Assembly (NCBI GenBank): GCA_905178155.1
Contig: CAJINV010000006.1
Span: forward strand, 3,968,130 to 4,032,129
Reading direction: 5' to 3'
From: Amoebophrya sp. A120
Lineage: Eukaryota > Protista > Dinoflagellata
DNA: 64,000 bases
Below the pieces are notes generated by a model. It worked only from the letters and a program-made list of their open reading frames with translations, ran no database searches and had not been told where the DNA came from. Shown here one piece after another: positions 50,218 through 62,400 of the stretch (its first letter is position 1; each line of letters begins with the position of its first letter). Both the position numbers and the translations under genes were made by a program.

Positions 50218-53200
50218 TCAAATCCCGTCCGTCACAATGACCGCACTTTGCAGTGGACCGCCGGACGAGTTCACTCGGTGCATGTTCACGCTTTGCTCAA
50301 AATAAACACCAACATCCGGCTCCCGCTCGACAGTTTCAACATCATGTAGTTGATCAGCGGGTTGTTCATCTGCAAGAATTGTTTGTGTTGCTGCGGCAGA
50401 ACCAGAACCATCCGTCTTCTCCTTCCTACTCAAATGCACAATCAGTTCCAAGTTCACCGGCATTTTCATCTGTTGCACCAATTTCATGAAATTCTCTGCC
50501 GCTCGGGCACTATCGCGGCTTTCAAGAAACGGCAACACTACGTTCGAATACGCGTTGTGGGTTATCCGCAACTCAAACTCCAGCTGATTCCTCTCGCCGA
50601 CGTCGACGAAAATCCCCCTCCTGCGAAACACGTACCCCGGGGGGGACGTGAAACTGCCCTCGCGGTCGTTGCGGAGCTCGAAAAATCGGTTGGCGTGGTG
50701 GAACCGGGGGTCGGGCTTTTGCGGCGTTTCGGCGGTCAAGTACTCGAAATGATCGAGGTAAGGCTTAGCATTGTCCTGCTGAGAAGTCGGAGCCGCCTTG
50801 GGAGGTGTTGCCGTAGGTCCAGCTTGATGTGCAGCTGCTGCGACCTCCACTGCAGGAGGGGAAGGAGTTGTTGACACGAGTTTTGACAAATTCGGCGAAA
50901 CGACGGAGTTCAACCGGATCCGCAACACCGTGTAATGCTTGGATCTTGGAACGAATGGCCGGTATGACAGTGCACAACTCCCCCTCGTTTGTCATGCAAA
51001 ATACCAAATCTACGTCCTGCCCCTACACACTATCTGCATGCCAAATTTTTAGACAACCTTAAACAGTACTACAAGCTACCGTATCTTCCAGATTTGTCAT
51101 GCGGAAGCCGCATATCTGCGGTTGCTTGTATTGCTGTCCATGCAATACAAATGAGGGGGAGGGGGAGAAGTTGTGCACTGTCATAGCCGCTGCCCTGCTT
51201 GCACTGATGACCGTGAGGTCTGCAGGTCCAGCTCTTCCTCGAGTTTCAGCTTTGACATGACTTGCTGCATCCCAAAGTCCTGCATGCCATCGTATTTATC
51301 AAATGCAAATATGTCTGGATCTGGAAACTTGTGATGCTGATCTGTGGATGACTGAAATACTTGCCAATGCAGCCAAGCATGACAAGTTTGCAGAACTACG
51401 CTCTCTCATGTTTAGTCCGCATGAGTAGAAACTGCGCTTTTGTATGACCAAAAGGGGCGTCTTTTTTGTTAGTCATGCAACACAGATTATGCAGGAATGT
51501 AGGACTAGCATTACAAGTTCCATGTTTCCAGAACCAGACAGATTTGCAATGCGTAGTATTTTTGGCTCATCAAATCTTCCAGCAAATCCAGAAAGTACCC
51601 AAGATGTTTGTCCGTGTGCAGTGCCGTATTAGGACGAGAGGGAATTTGCTGTTGATGCTGATGCTCTGCCGATGATCCATGTTCTTGTTGTGCGGGGGTA
51701 CAACTAGTCGCTTTCTTTACCAACTTATCCCACGAAAAAAGTGGTACAGTTACACATTTGCTGATGCTGTAACTTCAGCATCACAAGTTTTCTCTGCATA
51801 ACAGAGAAAACTTGCAATGCAAAGATCAAAAGGGAAAACAGGAAGGAAATGAAGATCCAAAGCATTTCCTGCAAGAGAAACGTTGGCAGTGTTGCTGGTC
51901 TTGCAACACAGTGTGTAACTGTAACTCTTTTTTCTTCCCATACAACTGTCGCCGTTCCACAAATTTTTTCAGCTGCTCCTTCAAAGTGAGTTGCGCGGCG
52001 GCGTGTCTCTCGCTTTCCCGTTCCTCTTGTTCTAGTTCGAAGATACCGTTGTCGTCGTCATTACCGCTATCGTTGTTTGCTCCTGATGAAAATCCAGGCA
52101 AATGATCCAGCTGTATCAAACAAAAAAGTGTTTACATAAACGGTTTTCATAGATTGCAAATATGCATGACAAATTTTGCCTAGAATGCATGCTATGCATG
52201 ACAAATTTCAATTTGGCGCGTTCTGTGATGCATTACTGCATCACAGATTCCATTAACGTTAACACTTCTTGCTGTGATAAGCTGGTACGTCATTCGAGAC
52301 TCGAAGAACCTCCCGCCCCAGAACTGGCTATCATGGCCGTGGTTTCTATTGTTCTCGAGTCCGTACTGTTCCCCCGTGTTCAAACCCGCCTCGTACCGCG
52401 CCTCAACCGCCCGCGCTTCCTCATCCTTCAGAAACCGGAACTTTTTGCAAATCTTCTCCATATTCACGGACAGTTCCGTTTTGATCACATTCGAACCACA
52501 TACAATGTGTTATGGGAGTGTCAGGACCGAAATCGACAAAGTCGAAATTGTCTGTAATGCATAAAATGCTACAGAAAAAGCGACGCTATTGCAGAGGATG
52601 CAAGGAAGGCGGATTATAGTCCTGGTATACGGGTCAAATGCTGGGCATGGGCTGCCGACTAGCATGACAGACGGCAGCTCTTTTGCCCTAAACCGCATGA
52701 CAGATTCGCTTCCAGAACGGGGAAAATTTGTCATGCGCCGACTACAAACTGTGGGTCTAACTGGCTACTTTTCCATTTTGTCAATTTCGATTTTGACACT
52801 TCCATACGTGTTTCTCGTCCTGTATTAGAACCGACCGCTGGGACGCATCATAATCGGTGTAGAAGTCGAGGTTATGAACTGCAAAAGCATCGTACTAGTA
52901 TAAATCGCATGACAAATTTGCTCAGCATTACAAATTGAATTTGTAGTGCTGATTTGCCTTAATTTGTAATGCATGAATGCAATTACTTCGAGTACGATAC
53001 TTTTGCACAGGATAGAGGTTTTTTTCCAGCAAATCCAGTAACACCATCCAGGGTTGGTGGTTCCGGGTGACGAGGGCTTGGATTTCGATGTTCCTGCTAT
53101 TGCTACTAGTCGTAGTTCCCGGAGAACGAGGACCCACACTTGGCTGTGCTGGCGGTCGCGGTGGTCCTTCCACCCCCTTCCCCGTGTCTATTTCAATTGT

Positions 53201-54487
53201 CGGAAGTGGCTCTTCGTCGGCGACCTGCACGTCTTCAACGACCAACAATTCATCCACGAGGTATTTGTGGTCGTTGATCGCCTCGGAGGAAACAGGACCA
53301 CGACGACGTGAAACATTACTACTAGATGCTGCTGCTGCACCTCCTTCTGCATAAAAATCGTTATCCAACACTGAAGACGAGGGCAGGGCTAGTGACAATT
53401 CGAAGTGCATGTCCAGGTTCTTCAGCAGGTCCAAACCTTGCGATGTTAAGTACTGTACCCACTTGTCCTTCAATTCCCTTATTGTCCAATTTTTCCAAAT
53501 CTCTTTCGGAATCACGGCAATCAGGTTGCCGTTCAAGCCCCGGACCTGGAGCTGCTGCTGCTCTTCCGATGTCGTGGTGGGATGAAAAAATTCAGCATCT
53601 TCGTAGCCGTGCAGACCCGAAGCAGACCCCTCAGCTGGTGTATTAATTCCCGTTGATGCAGCGGCATTATCAAGGCCCTGCTGCTGACGAAGCCGGAGGC
53701 TCCTGGGACTCAAGGTACTAGTGTTTGCTTCGTTCCTGCCGGTACTAGTACCCTGTCTGCTTTGTGAAGAAGAAGCGGTACCTCGAGTTGTACATCCTGC
53801 AGGCTGCTTCACTGCCCCTCCACTTGACGACGGCGGTTTCTTCACCCCGCCTGTGCCAAACCAGGTCGACGACGAGAATCCTGAAGATGATCCGCTCGGA
53901 CACCTCCCATGCGTTGCGTTCACGCCTGGCAGAGCGTGGTCGTCGTGGCCACCAGGAACAATTGTTCCTCCGGAAGCAGGCAACACCCTTCCCCCCGCCG
54001 TGGGAATGAAAGCCCCGGATTTGTACCTCGTGTCAGCTGTTGCTGGAAAAGGGTGTTCGGCCGAAGCAGAATGATAAGTAGTACCGCGAGCAGGTTTTTC
54101 TCGCACCTCGGGACTGAAGGGACGGACCGCTGTGGCGCCGGAAGATGATGCGTCAACATGTTCGTCATGCTGTTGCCGATACCTGCCAGCGAATGCCAGG
54201 TCACGAGCACCAGAGGTCTCCTGCTGCCCACTGCTATCCTTCGAGGAGATCCTCTCCCAAAAGCCCTGGAGTCTTTGGAAAGGAGAGGAAATGGTAGATG
54301 CAGCGTGTAGTGGCTGACCCTGTGGTGCTGCACGTGCGCCATGATCTTTACCGCTCCTCGGTGCGGAGCGAAGCTTGGTCGCTAAAGTTGAAGACAGGCG
54401 TGTGTTGCTGCAAAGCAGCAGCAGTAGCCGCACCATTTTGGCGGGCGGGAGAGAAGCGGGAGTCATAGCAGGAGGTCTACTTGTCAT
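50218..54487 (-). CDS. Large hypothetical protein
   Basis: 519-aa first ORF and 236-aa last ORF, with short exons separated by six introners. Confidence 0.6.
50963..51185. mobile_element. Introner family I
   Basis: Family TIR; TSD GCCGG/GCCGC. Confidence 0.93.
51297..51555. mobile_element. Introner family D
   Basis: Family TIR; TSD GTATT. Confidence 0.93.
51726..51942. mobile_element. Introner family H
   Basis: Family TIR; TSD CAACT. Confidence 0.93.
52114..52279. mobile_element. Introner family M (singleton)
   Basis: TATCAAACAAAAAAGTGTT...AACACTTCTTGCTGTGATA; TSD AGCTG. Confidence 0.88.
52511..52806. mobile_element. Introner family G
   Basis: Family TIR; TSD TGTGT/CGTGT. Confidence 0.92.
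52873..53014. mobile_element. Introner family B
   Basis: Family TIR; TSD GAGGT. Confidence 0.95.
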
Positions 54488-56462
54488 GGTTATTGATTCT
54501 TGTTGGTTCTTCGATTGAATCGGTCGAAAAAAAAATGATAAAAAAACAGGTGCAACAATGCAGCGTACAGATGGTGCAAAAAGTCAAAGACAGCTAAGAA
54601 ACCAGCACAGCAGGCGTCGATTGTGCTGCAATAGACCCAAAATTTATCCGAGCAGAGAGTGGCCCGAGGCAAAATGAAAAAAACTTGTTCTCGCAACCTC
54701 TACCCCGCAACCAATGCGGCCATGACCTGGCTGATGCATCTTCCAAAAAGGAGCGCGCTATATAAGATCGAAGTTTTTCTTCTGTGAGAAGTCCGGTGCT
54801 TGAGAAGATCTTCTGAAAAAGCCAAATTGATGGTGCACTGGAACCTCAACAACCTGAACTTAAAGTTGGAGAAGTGCAAGTACTACCAAAACGCGATCAT
54901 GATACGCAGGATCAATCGAATCGGGTGCTCGCGAGTCAACGTGTTTGTGCCATCCAGCGAAGATCAACATCAATCGATCCAACACTTCTACTTACTTCCG
55001 CAGCCGTTCGTGTCTGGTTGTGCAGCTTTAGCGAATTTTTTTTTATCAAATCTCTTTCCCTAAATCTAAACAATTTCATTCGTACTTGATTTATTCCGCC
55101 GGTGGAGTTTATTTGTTTCAACGCCATTTTTTCCTCCACTAGCACAACTATCCAGCTAGGAGTACATTTTTCATCTTGAAACGATTTTTTTTTTGAAAAT
55201 TGTTTTTCGAAACGATATAAAACTGTAAGTAAATCGGAGCTCTAGAAGAAGGGTAGATGAAACCTAAGTTTGAGTTTGGTACAGGCGTGCATTTTTGGAG
55301 AGGTCTCTTGTTTGCATCATCAAGTGCACAGAGTAAATCCTTTATTTTAGCACGACAGTTACTTGCTCAGGTCTGTTAAGCTATAGTAAGTCGTTATTTG
55401 TTGGTACAGAACCTTCCTGCTCATTTGATGTTTCATCACAATATCTGTATCTGATCCGATCGTAGAAACGCCAGAAATGCTGAATTCCCTAGTAAAACAA
55501 GTTTTCTCTGAAATCTGATTAGTTGTAAAGTGTAAACAAGAAACGGTATAAGGAAATCTCTTGTACTGTAATTTTTTGCAATTATTTTCAGCTATTCTGC
55601 TGGTGCTTAGCTTTTCTAGAATTTGATTGCGTGACTGCGCAGCGTATCTAGAAGTATATCGTGTGCTGTATTCCCGAATTTAGGTTCTCTGAAAAGCCTC
55701 GACAATATCATTGGAAAAATAATTCACATATTCAAGTGTATTAACAGAAAGGTAAAATTGTGAAAGCTCTCGTTGGTAGTAGTGTGTCATCACGCGAAGA
55801 GCAGAGCCTTGTGAAGATTCTGATCACAGGCCCTGACTACGCGGACATCACAGCAGGTAAATGGGAGCCGCGATGGTTGATCGATTAACTGCGACGGCGA
55901 CCACCATCCGGTGCAGCTGCGACGGGCAATTGCTATAGTCTCAAGAAGATTTTTGTGTGATAAGTGAATTTTTCTTCGAAATTTTTCCTGCTGGTCCTAA
56001 CAGCGGCTACGATTATTTGCCCTCCCTGTCATGTCGGAGGCCGCAAGGGTAAACGCAAAAAGCTCTCTAAATTTGGTGTTCTTGCTGTAAACTGAAAAAG
56101 CATTAACAAGATCGACAACTGATGTCCCATTGGTGTTTGAAGTTTTTGATAAGTACTCCGATGATTTCTTTGTCTGTGATCAATTATATAAATTCTGCAA
56201 TAAATAAGTGACAACACGTCTGATAAGCGTAACTAAATGAAATCGAAATCTGAATCTGTTTATTCTGAACAATAAGGTTCTAACCTAAGGTCGGTAAAGT
56301 GTGCTTTAAACTGAAAATAATAATCACGAATTTTGATGCCTACGCTGTCATAGACTTTGAAACGGATTTAGGCTATGAATCTGAAACCACTTGCGAATGC
56401 GAGCCGAAAAAATTTTTCTGCAGTACAAATTTCTCTTCTGATTTTGCTAATTCTGGATTAAC

Positions 56463-59400
56463 CTAGTACTGACCTTCCCCCGCACCAGCTCCCTCTTCAT
56501 ATTCCCCCTCGTCATACTCCCCCTGCTCGCCCTGATCCCCATCCGCGGTGGACACCCAGTTTCCATCGTCATCGTAGTAGCCCCCCTCGCCATTCTATCC
56601 CGAGAAAAAACAGACGTTACAGGTACACACTCTGGTGGAAGACACGCAAGACAGACAACCTCTGTCATGCAAGAAATGCATCCCAGCCTCGTATCATTCA
56701 TGTTTTCCCTTATAGTCTGCGCATCACAGGTTTTCTTTGCCATGTCGAGCAACCCTGTGATGCAGAAACTCCAACAAGTGTGTAACTGTAACACTTTTTT
56801 CCTGTGATACATTCTCCTGGTTCTCGTCGTAGCTCCCCTTGGAGTCGTAGTTGCCGCTACACTATCCAGTGGAAAATCATCGTACTAGTATAGGTTCTTG
56901 CAAGACAAATTTCTTCAGCATGAGAACTGGAATCTGTAATGCGGAATTACCTCAAGAAAAAGATTTGTAATGCATAACTGCAAGCAATTGCTACGAGTAC
57001 GATGTACTTTTGCAATGCATATACCCTCCTCCTGTCCATCGTCCTCGACGGACTCCACTTCCCGTGCGCTGCTCCGTCGGGGTGCGCCATCCAGCACCAT
57101 GCTCCGAGTCGTGGATCTACGAGCCGCGTCGTCGTCCTCCTCGTTCTTTTTCGGCGGGGGGCGCACCGGCCCTAGGACTCCGCCGCCGAAATTTCGCTTC
57201 AACTTGCTATCAAAAGGAAAAATCTCCCCTCCCAATATCGAAAAGGAAATCTGTGACGCTGGATTTGCGTACACAAGTCAGATCTGTCTTGCAGTAGAAG
57301 ACTGCAGGCATATGCCAACCCTCGGCGGCGAGGTTTTGCTTTTGACATAGGCGCCTAGCATTACAAATGTCCACCCTGTAGGCCCAGCAGCATTACAAAC
57401 CGCCTGCACAATGCGGCGCAGCCTGTGGGGTTGCCTTCTTGCAAGACATCACAGGCGATCTGTGATAACAAATCAGCATTGCAAATTTTCGTTGGCTTCC
57501 TTTTCGATATGGGGAGGGTGGATTTTTGCTTACGATACTTGCTTTCTCTTGACTTGGCCGCGTCGCGGTACTTCGCGTCTAGGTGTTGGTGGTAGTCAAA
57601 AATTTGCTTGTCCGTTTCCAGATACTTTTCCGCGACCGTGTCCCTCCGCGGTCCCGTGTCCGTTGACACGATGGATTTCTTGGACGCGCCGGCGGCTAAG
57701 AACCCGGCATCCGCTAAAGCGTCAGCATCGAGATCAACCCCAGCCTTGATGTCCGCGATGTAGCTTCCTCGGCGCTTGATGTGGGAGTCGAGCTCCAAGT
57801 GCCGGGCCATTTTTTCTTTGTCCAGGTAGTACTGTCGTCCGTGCGAGAAGTCTAGACTGTCCCGGAACTTGACATAGTGCTCCAAAATGTCCGACATCAA
57901 GTCGGACAGCGCGCCGACCAGAATACCGAAGAAGATCAGGCCGAGGAAACACTGGAAGTAGCAGAGGAAGATCCCGGTGTATGTCTCAAAGTCCGGCGTG
58001 ACCCACTCGCCGAGCAGAAAGAAGAGCGTGTACATCATGCTCGTCGGAATGGAGTCAAACGCCCCACCCATCTCGCGCTCCGCGTACCACCAAAGACCCG
58101 AGCAGACGCACAGCGTATGCATTGCAAATATGTCTGGGTCTGGAAGGTGGTAACTTGTGATGCTGTCTTTGGATTCCAGAAAAATCTGTATTGCATAAAC
58201 TAGCAAGAGGAGTCCAGTTTGTGCCACGCGGGGAGGGCGTTTCTCATGCGAGATACGCATGATCAGGAAGCCCTGTGAGAATCTGTGAAGATGCTAGGGC
58301 ATGCATTACAGGCGTCATGGGTCATGCAAAACGTGCATGACAAACGTGGCAATCTATCTTCCAGACCGAGACCCAGACATATTTGCATTTGCTACAGCGT
58401 GAACAGCGACAACGACAGTCCGCCCTGGAAAATGACGAAAAAGGTCCCCATATCCTGACTAAAAACGTCCCCACACCAGAGTCAAGATGGTAAATCTGCT
58501 AGACAAATCAACCAGCTTTGGCTGTTTCGCATGACAAGTTTATCCTTGTAATGAGTAATCCTGTTTAGGTAGTTCAGCAGCATAACAGATCTAGCATATA
58601 ATGCTGATTATAGCATCACAAACCCCAGAACACGAGTAGAAAATGCCTTTGATGGGGCTCAGCATGATAAACTTCTTTGGCATGCAGATTTGCATTACAA
58701 CTCTGGTGTGGGGACGTTTTTACTCAGGATACCCCATGCCGTTGTAGAAGCTGCGGATCCCGCGGAAGAAGCCCAGGTTAACAAAATGGATCACGTGCAG
58801 AGCAAGGACACACTGGAGAAAGTTGTTGGCGAACAAGGCGTGGTACTCGTTTTCTGGCATCCGCGTTTTCTCACCTTGGGCGTCGAGACGAGCCTGTGAC
58901 CGATTTTTTTCACTTTATTTGATGCAAAAATGAATGAAGATCATGGTTGTGCTGATTTCAAAATTCATGATCATGCAGACCACACAAGGAATAAAACATT
59001 GACATTCCTTATTCAATTTATCTCGTCGCATTTTTCCCAATATTAAAACAAGCGTCGCTTCATGTGACAGTTGTACCACTTGTGGCCATTCCTCCGGATC
59101 CAGTAAAAAGAGCTGCTCGAGAACCAGCCACACGAACGCGGCTAGTAATACAGCGTCAACCACCCTGACGAAGCCAAACAGCTCGTACACGACGGAAAAT
59201 TTACTGGTCACGTTGTCCGGGGCCGCCCGGAGGTACAGCGAATACTCGATCACGTAAAACACGAACAACACGCACTCGATGCAAAAAAAGCCAAACGCCC
59301 AATCCCCTACCTCTGGGGTTGCGTAGCCCTTGCTGGTGAACTGCCGCGCGTCCTCGCCCGCGAGCACGTACAGCGACGCGTCACAGGATTGGAATATGCC

Positions 59401-62400
59401 GTCGATGGTGGTAAACAGATGACATGTGATATCCTGAGTAAAAGCGTAGCCACACCAGAGTTGTAATGCAGATTTGCAAAGACAGGAAGACTTGTAACGC
59501 GCATCCCCATGAGAGCCATTTCCAATTCTGTTTTGGAATTTGTGATGCTGTGAACAGGATGAGCAGATGAATCTGTGACGCGGCTGCACTTGCTAACCTG
59601 CACTACACTGCATAGTCCAACTTGTTTTGTCAAGCGTGACTCACAAAACTCCTAGGTTTGTGTTGCAAAATCCTCATCCTGACTCTGGTGTGGGTACGTT
59701 TTTACTCCGGATATGTGAGCATGAAGTACTGGTAGAACAGACCGAACCTGTCGTTCAGGTACCTGGGTTGGTCCGCAACGAGGCCCAGCGCGAGGTTCCT
59801 CTTCTGCCTCCGCCCCTGTTTTGTGTTGGGAATCGGGGGAATTATTGCCTCCTCTTCCTGCCCCTCCCCGCTGTACTGACTGGACATCTTGGCCAACGAC
59901 TTCGCCGCGCCGGACGGCATGCCGGAGGATCGATAGGAGTGGGAGACGGAGGTGTGGCCGGAGGCGTTATCCAGGAAAAAAGCTCCTGTGTAAGTGTAAC
60001 TTTGTAGGAAGAACAGCACCACAAATTCGTTTTGCATGCTTACAGGGAATAGAACCTGTCATGCGCAGCTAGTACGCGGAAACACGTGTGAAAGTTGCCT
60101 AAGCCTATGACGCACATCTAGCATGACAAATGTATAGAGTTTTGCATTTCCTGCATCACAGACCTTACGCAGCTTTTTTCTTGCATATGCGTAGGAGCTC
60201 GACCAGTATTGGGTCTTGCTTTCTTCCCCGTCGCCTATGCTGAGCAAAAACGTCCCCACCCCAGAGTCTTCAAGTTGGGAACTCAGCAACACAAATCCGG
60301 AAGCTTTGGGGGTGACGCATGACAAAAACACGACCAGAAATGCTTGTCGTGGGGGTGCGCATTCCAAATGTTGCTGGAATTGCAGATCTGCATGACAAGT
60401 CTGGGGTGGAGACATTTTTGCTCAGGATATCGCCCCCGTCTTCTTCACTTGGGTACGTCCCCTCCGATTGGGTTGCCAGGTCTTCGTGGCTGTTATGGAA
60501 GTGCACAACTTCGCCTGCCCCTCATTTGTATGGCGTCCGCAGCAATACAAACACCAGCACCCGTGGAGCTTGTGCATGACAAATCCATGCGCCTAGCCTG
60601 GTACTGTTTAAGCTTTCCGAAGTAGATGAATTTGTGATGCAAGCAGCGCCACAAGAGGCAGCGCTTGGGCTTCGCTTGGCTTTGGGGTTTTGCATGACAA
60701 AGGAGGGGGACGAGGGAGAGCTGTGCACTCTCATAGTAGTCTTCGTCCGTGTATTCCTGCTCCTCATCGTAAAATATCAAATGCAAAAATGTCTGGGTCT
60801 GGAAGATTGCAACTTGTCATGCAAAATCCGAATCATGCAAAAATCTGTGTTGCACGAGAGCCAAAAGCTGTCCACTTTCGACCATGTTGGGACGGAGTTT
60901 CTCATGCAGGAGAGGCATGACAGAGACCTCAAAAAGTCTGTCATGCTAGGTCCCGCATTCCAGACCTCATTGGTCATGAAAAACCTGCATGACAAGTCTG
61001 CATTCTTCCAGACCCAGACAATTTTGCAATTCGTATAAAATTGAAATACCTGTTTCGGCTTCCCATCTGGCCCGGTTGTTGTGGTAACGCGCACCGGGGC
61101 TTTGTTTTGTTGATTTCTACTCGAAGAAGTACTTCTTGATTTATCTCCCGCCCTTGATGAAGTAGTAGATGATCTTCCTCCTGCGATCGTCGGAATAGGC
61201 TCCACTGCGGTTTTGCTGCTGGTGGACCGCTTGGAGGACGAAGTTGATGAGGAAGAAGAAGAGGACGTTGTGCCTAGTACTTTGTTCTTCGACGCATTGT
61301 TCCTACTGGACGATGCTGCTTTGTGCCCTCCCTCAAAATTCGCGGCCAACCCGCCGCCGGCAACGAAGCCCCCGGGGCCGCCTTGCTGGCCACCTTCGTC
61401 GTAATTTTCGTCGTACTCCCCGGATTCGCCGTAATTCTCCTCCCCGTTTATCCTGTGTAAAAACGTCCCCACACCATAGTTGTCATGCAGCTCTGCATGT
61501 TTAAAATGTTTCTCATGCGGAGCCCCATGAGCAGCATTTTCTAATGCGGTTTGGAAATTCCAATTTGTCATGGTCCAATCAGCATGAGATACTAGATGTG
61601 TAATGCTGCTGAACTAGCTCAAACAGCACTACACTACGCGTCCAAATTTGTCATGCGAAACAGCCAAAGCTTATGGATTTGTCTAGCGGATTTCCAATCT
61701 TAACTCTGGTGTGGGGACATTTTTACTCAGGATACCATTTTCGTCATACTCCCCAGATTCCGGGTACGCCTCGCCGTTTTCATCGTTATCAAGTGCAAAT
61801 ATCGATCTGGGTCTGGAAGAATGCATGTTTGTCATGCTTCTCTGACATGACTCTTAAATCTGTCATGCACGTTACGCAAGAGCTGCGCCATTTTTCTGTC
61901 ATGCGTAAACGCAGTTTGTCATGCATAATAGGCAACACCTAGAAGAAGCTCAGAAACTTGTCATGCTGAGCCAGCACTTGTGGCCTCCTCATGATACGCC
62001 ACCCAGCATCACAAGTTTCCACAGACCCCGACACTGTTACAATCCATAATCGTACTGACTATCATATTCCCCATCGTCTTCTGCAACCGAGCTCAGCTGG
62101 GAGCCCTTCTATAACGCGCTCAGGTGTAGTTACAATCTCAAACGTTACGAATAGAATCTGGAATTTGTGTTGCAAAATGTGCAACATCTGGCCAACTCCC
62201 ACAGGAGCGCGCATGACAAGTTTCGGAGCTCCAAACCACATGAGAATCTGGCGAAATTTGTATTGCGAAAACCCCAAGTCTCTGTACGGTACTCATGCTG
62301 TTTATGCAAGACAAATTTCAGATTCTATTGTAAAACGTTTGAGATTGTAACGTCTGAGCAAGCCATACCTTCTGCGACCCCTTTTTCCTCTTTGAAGCCC

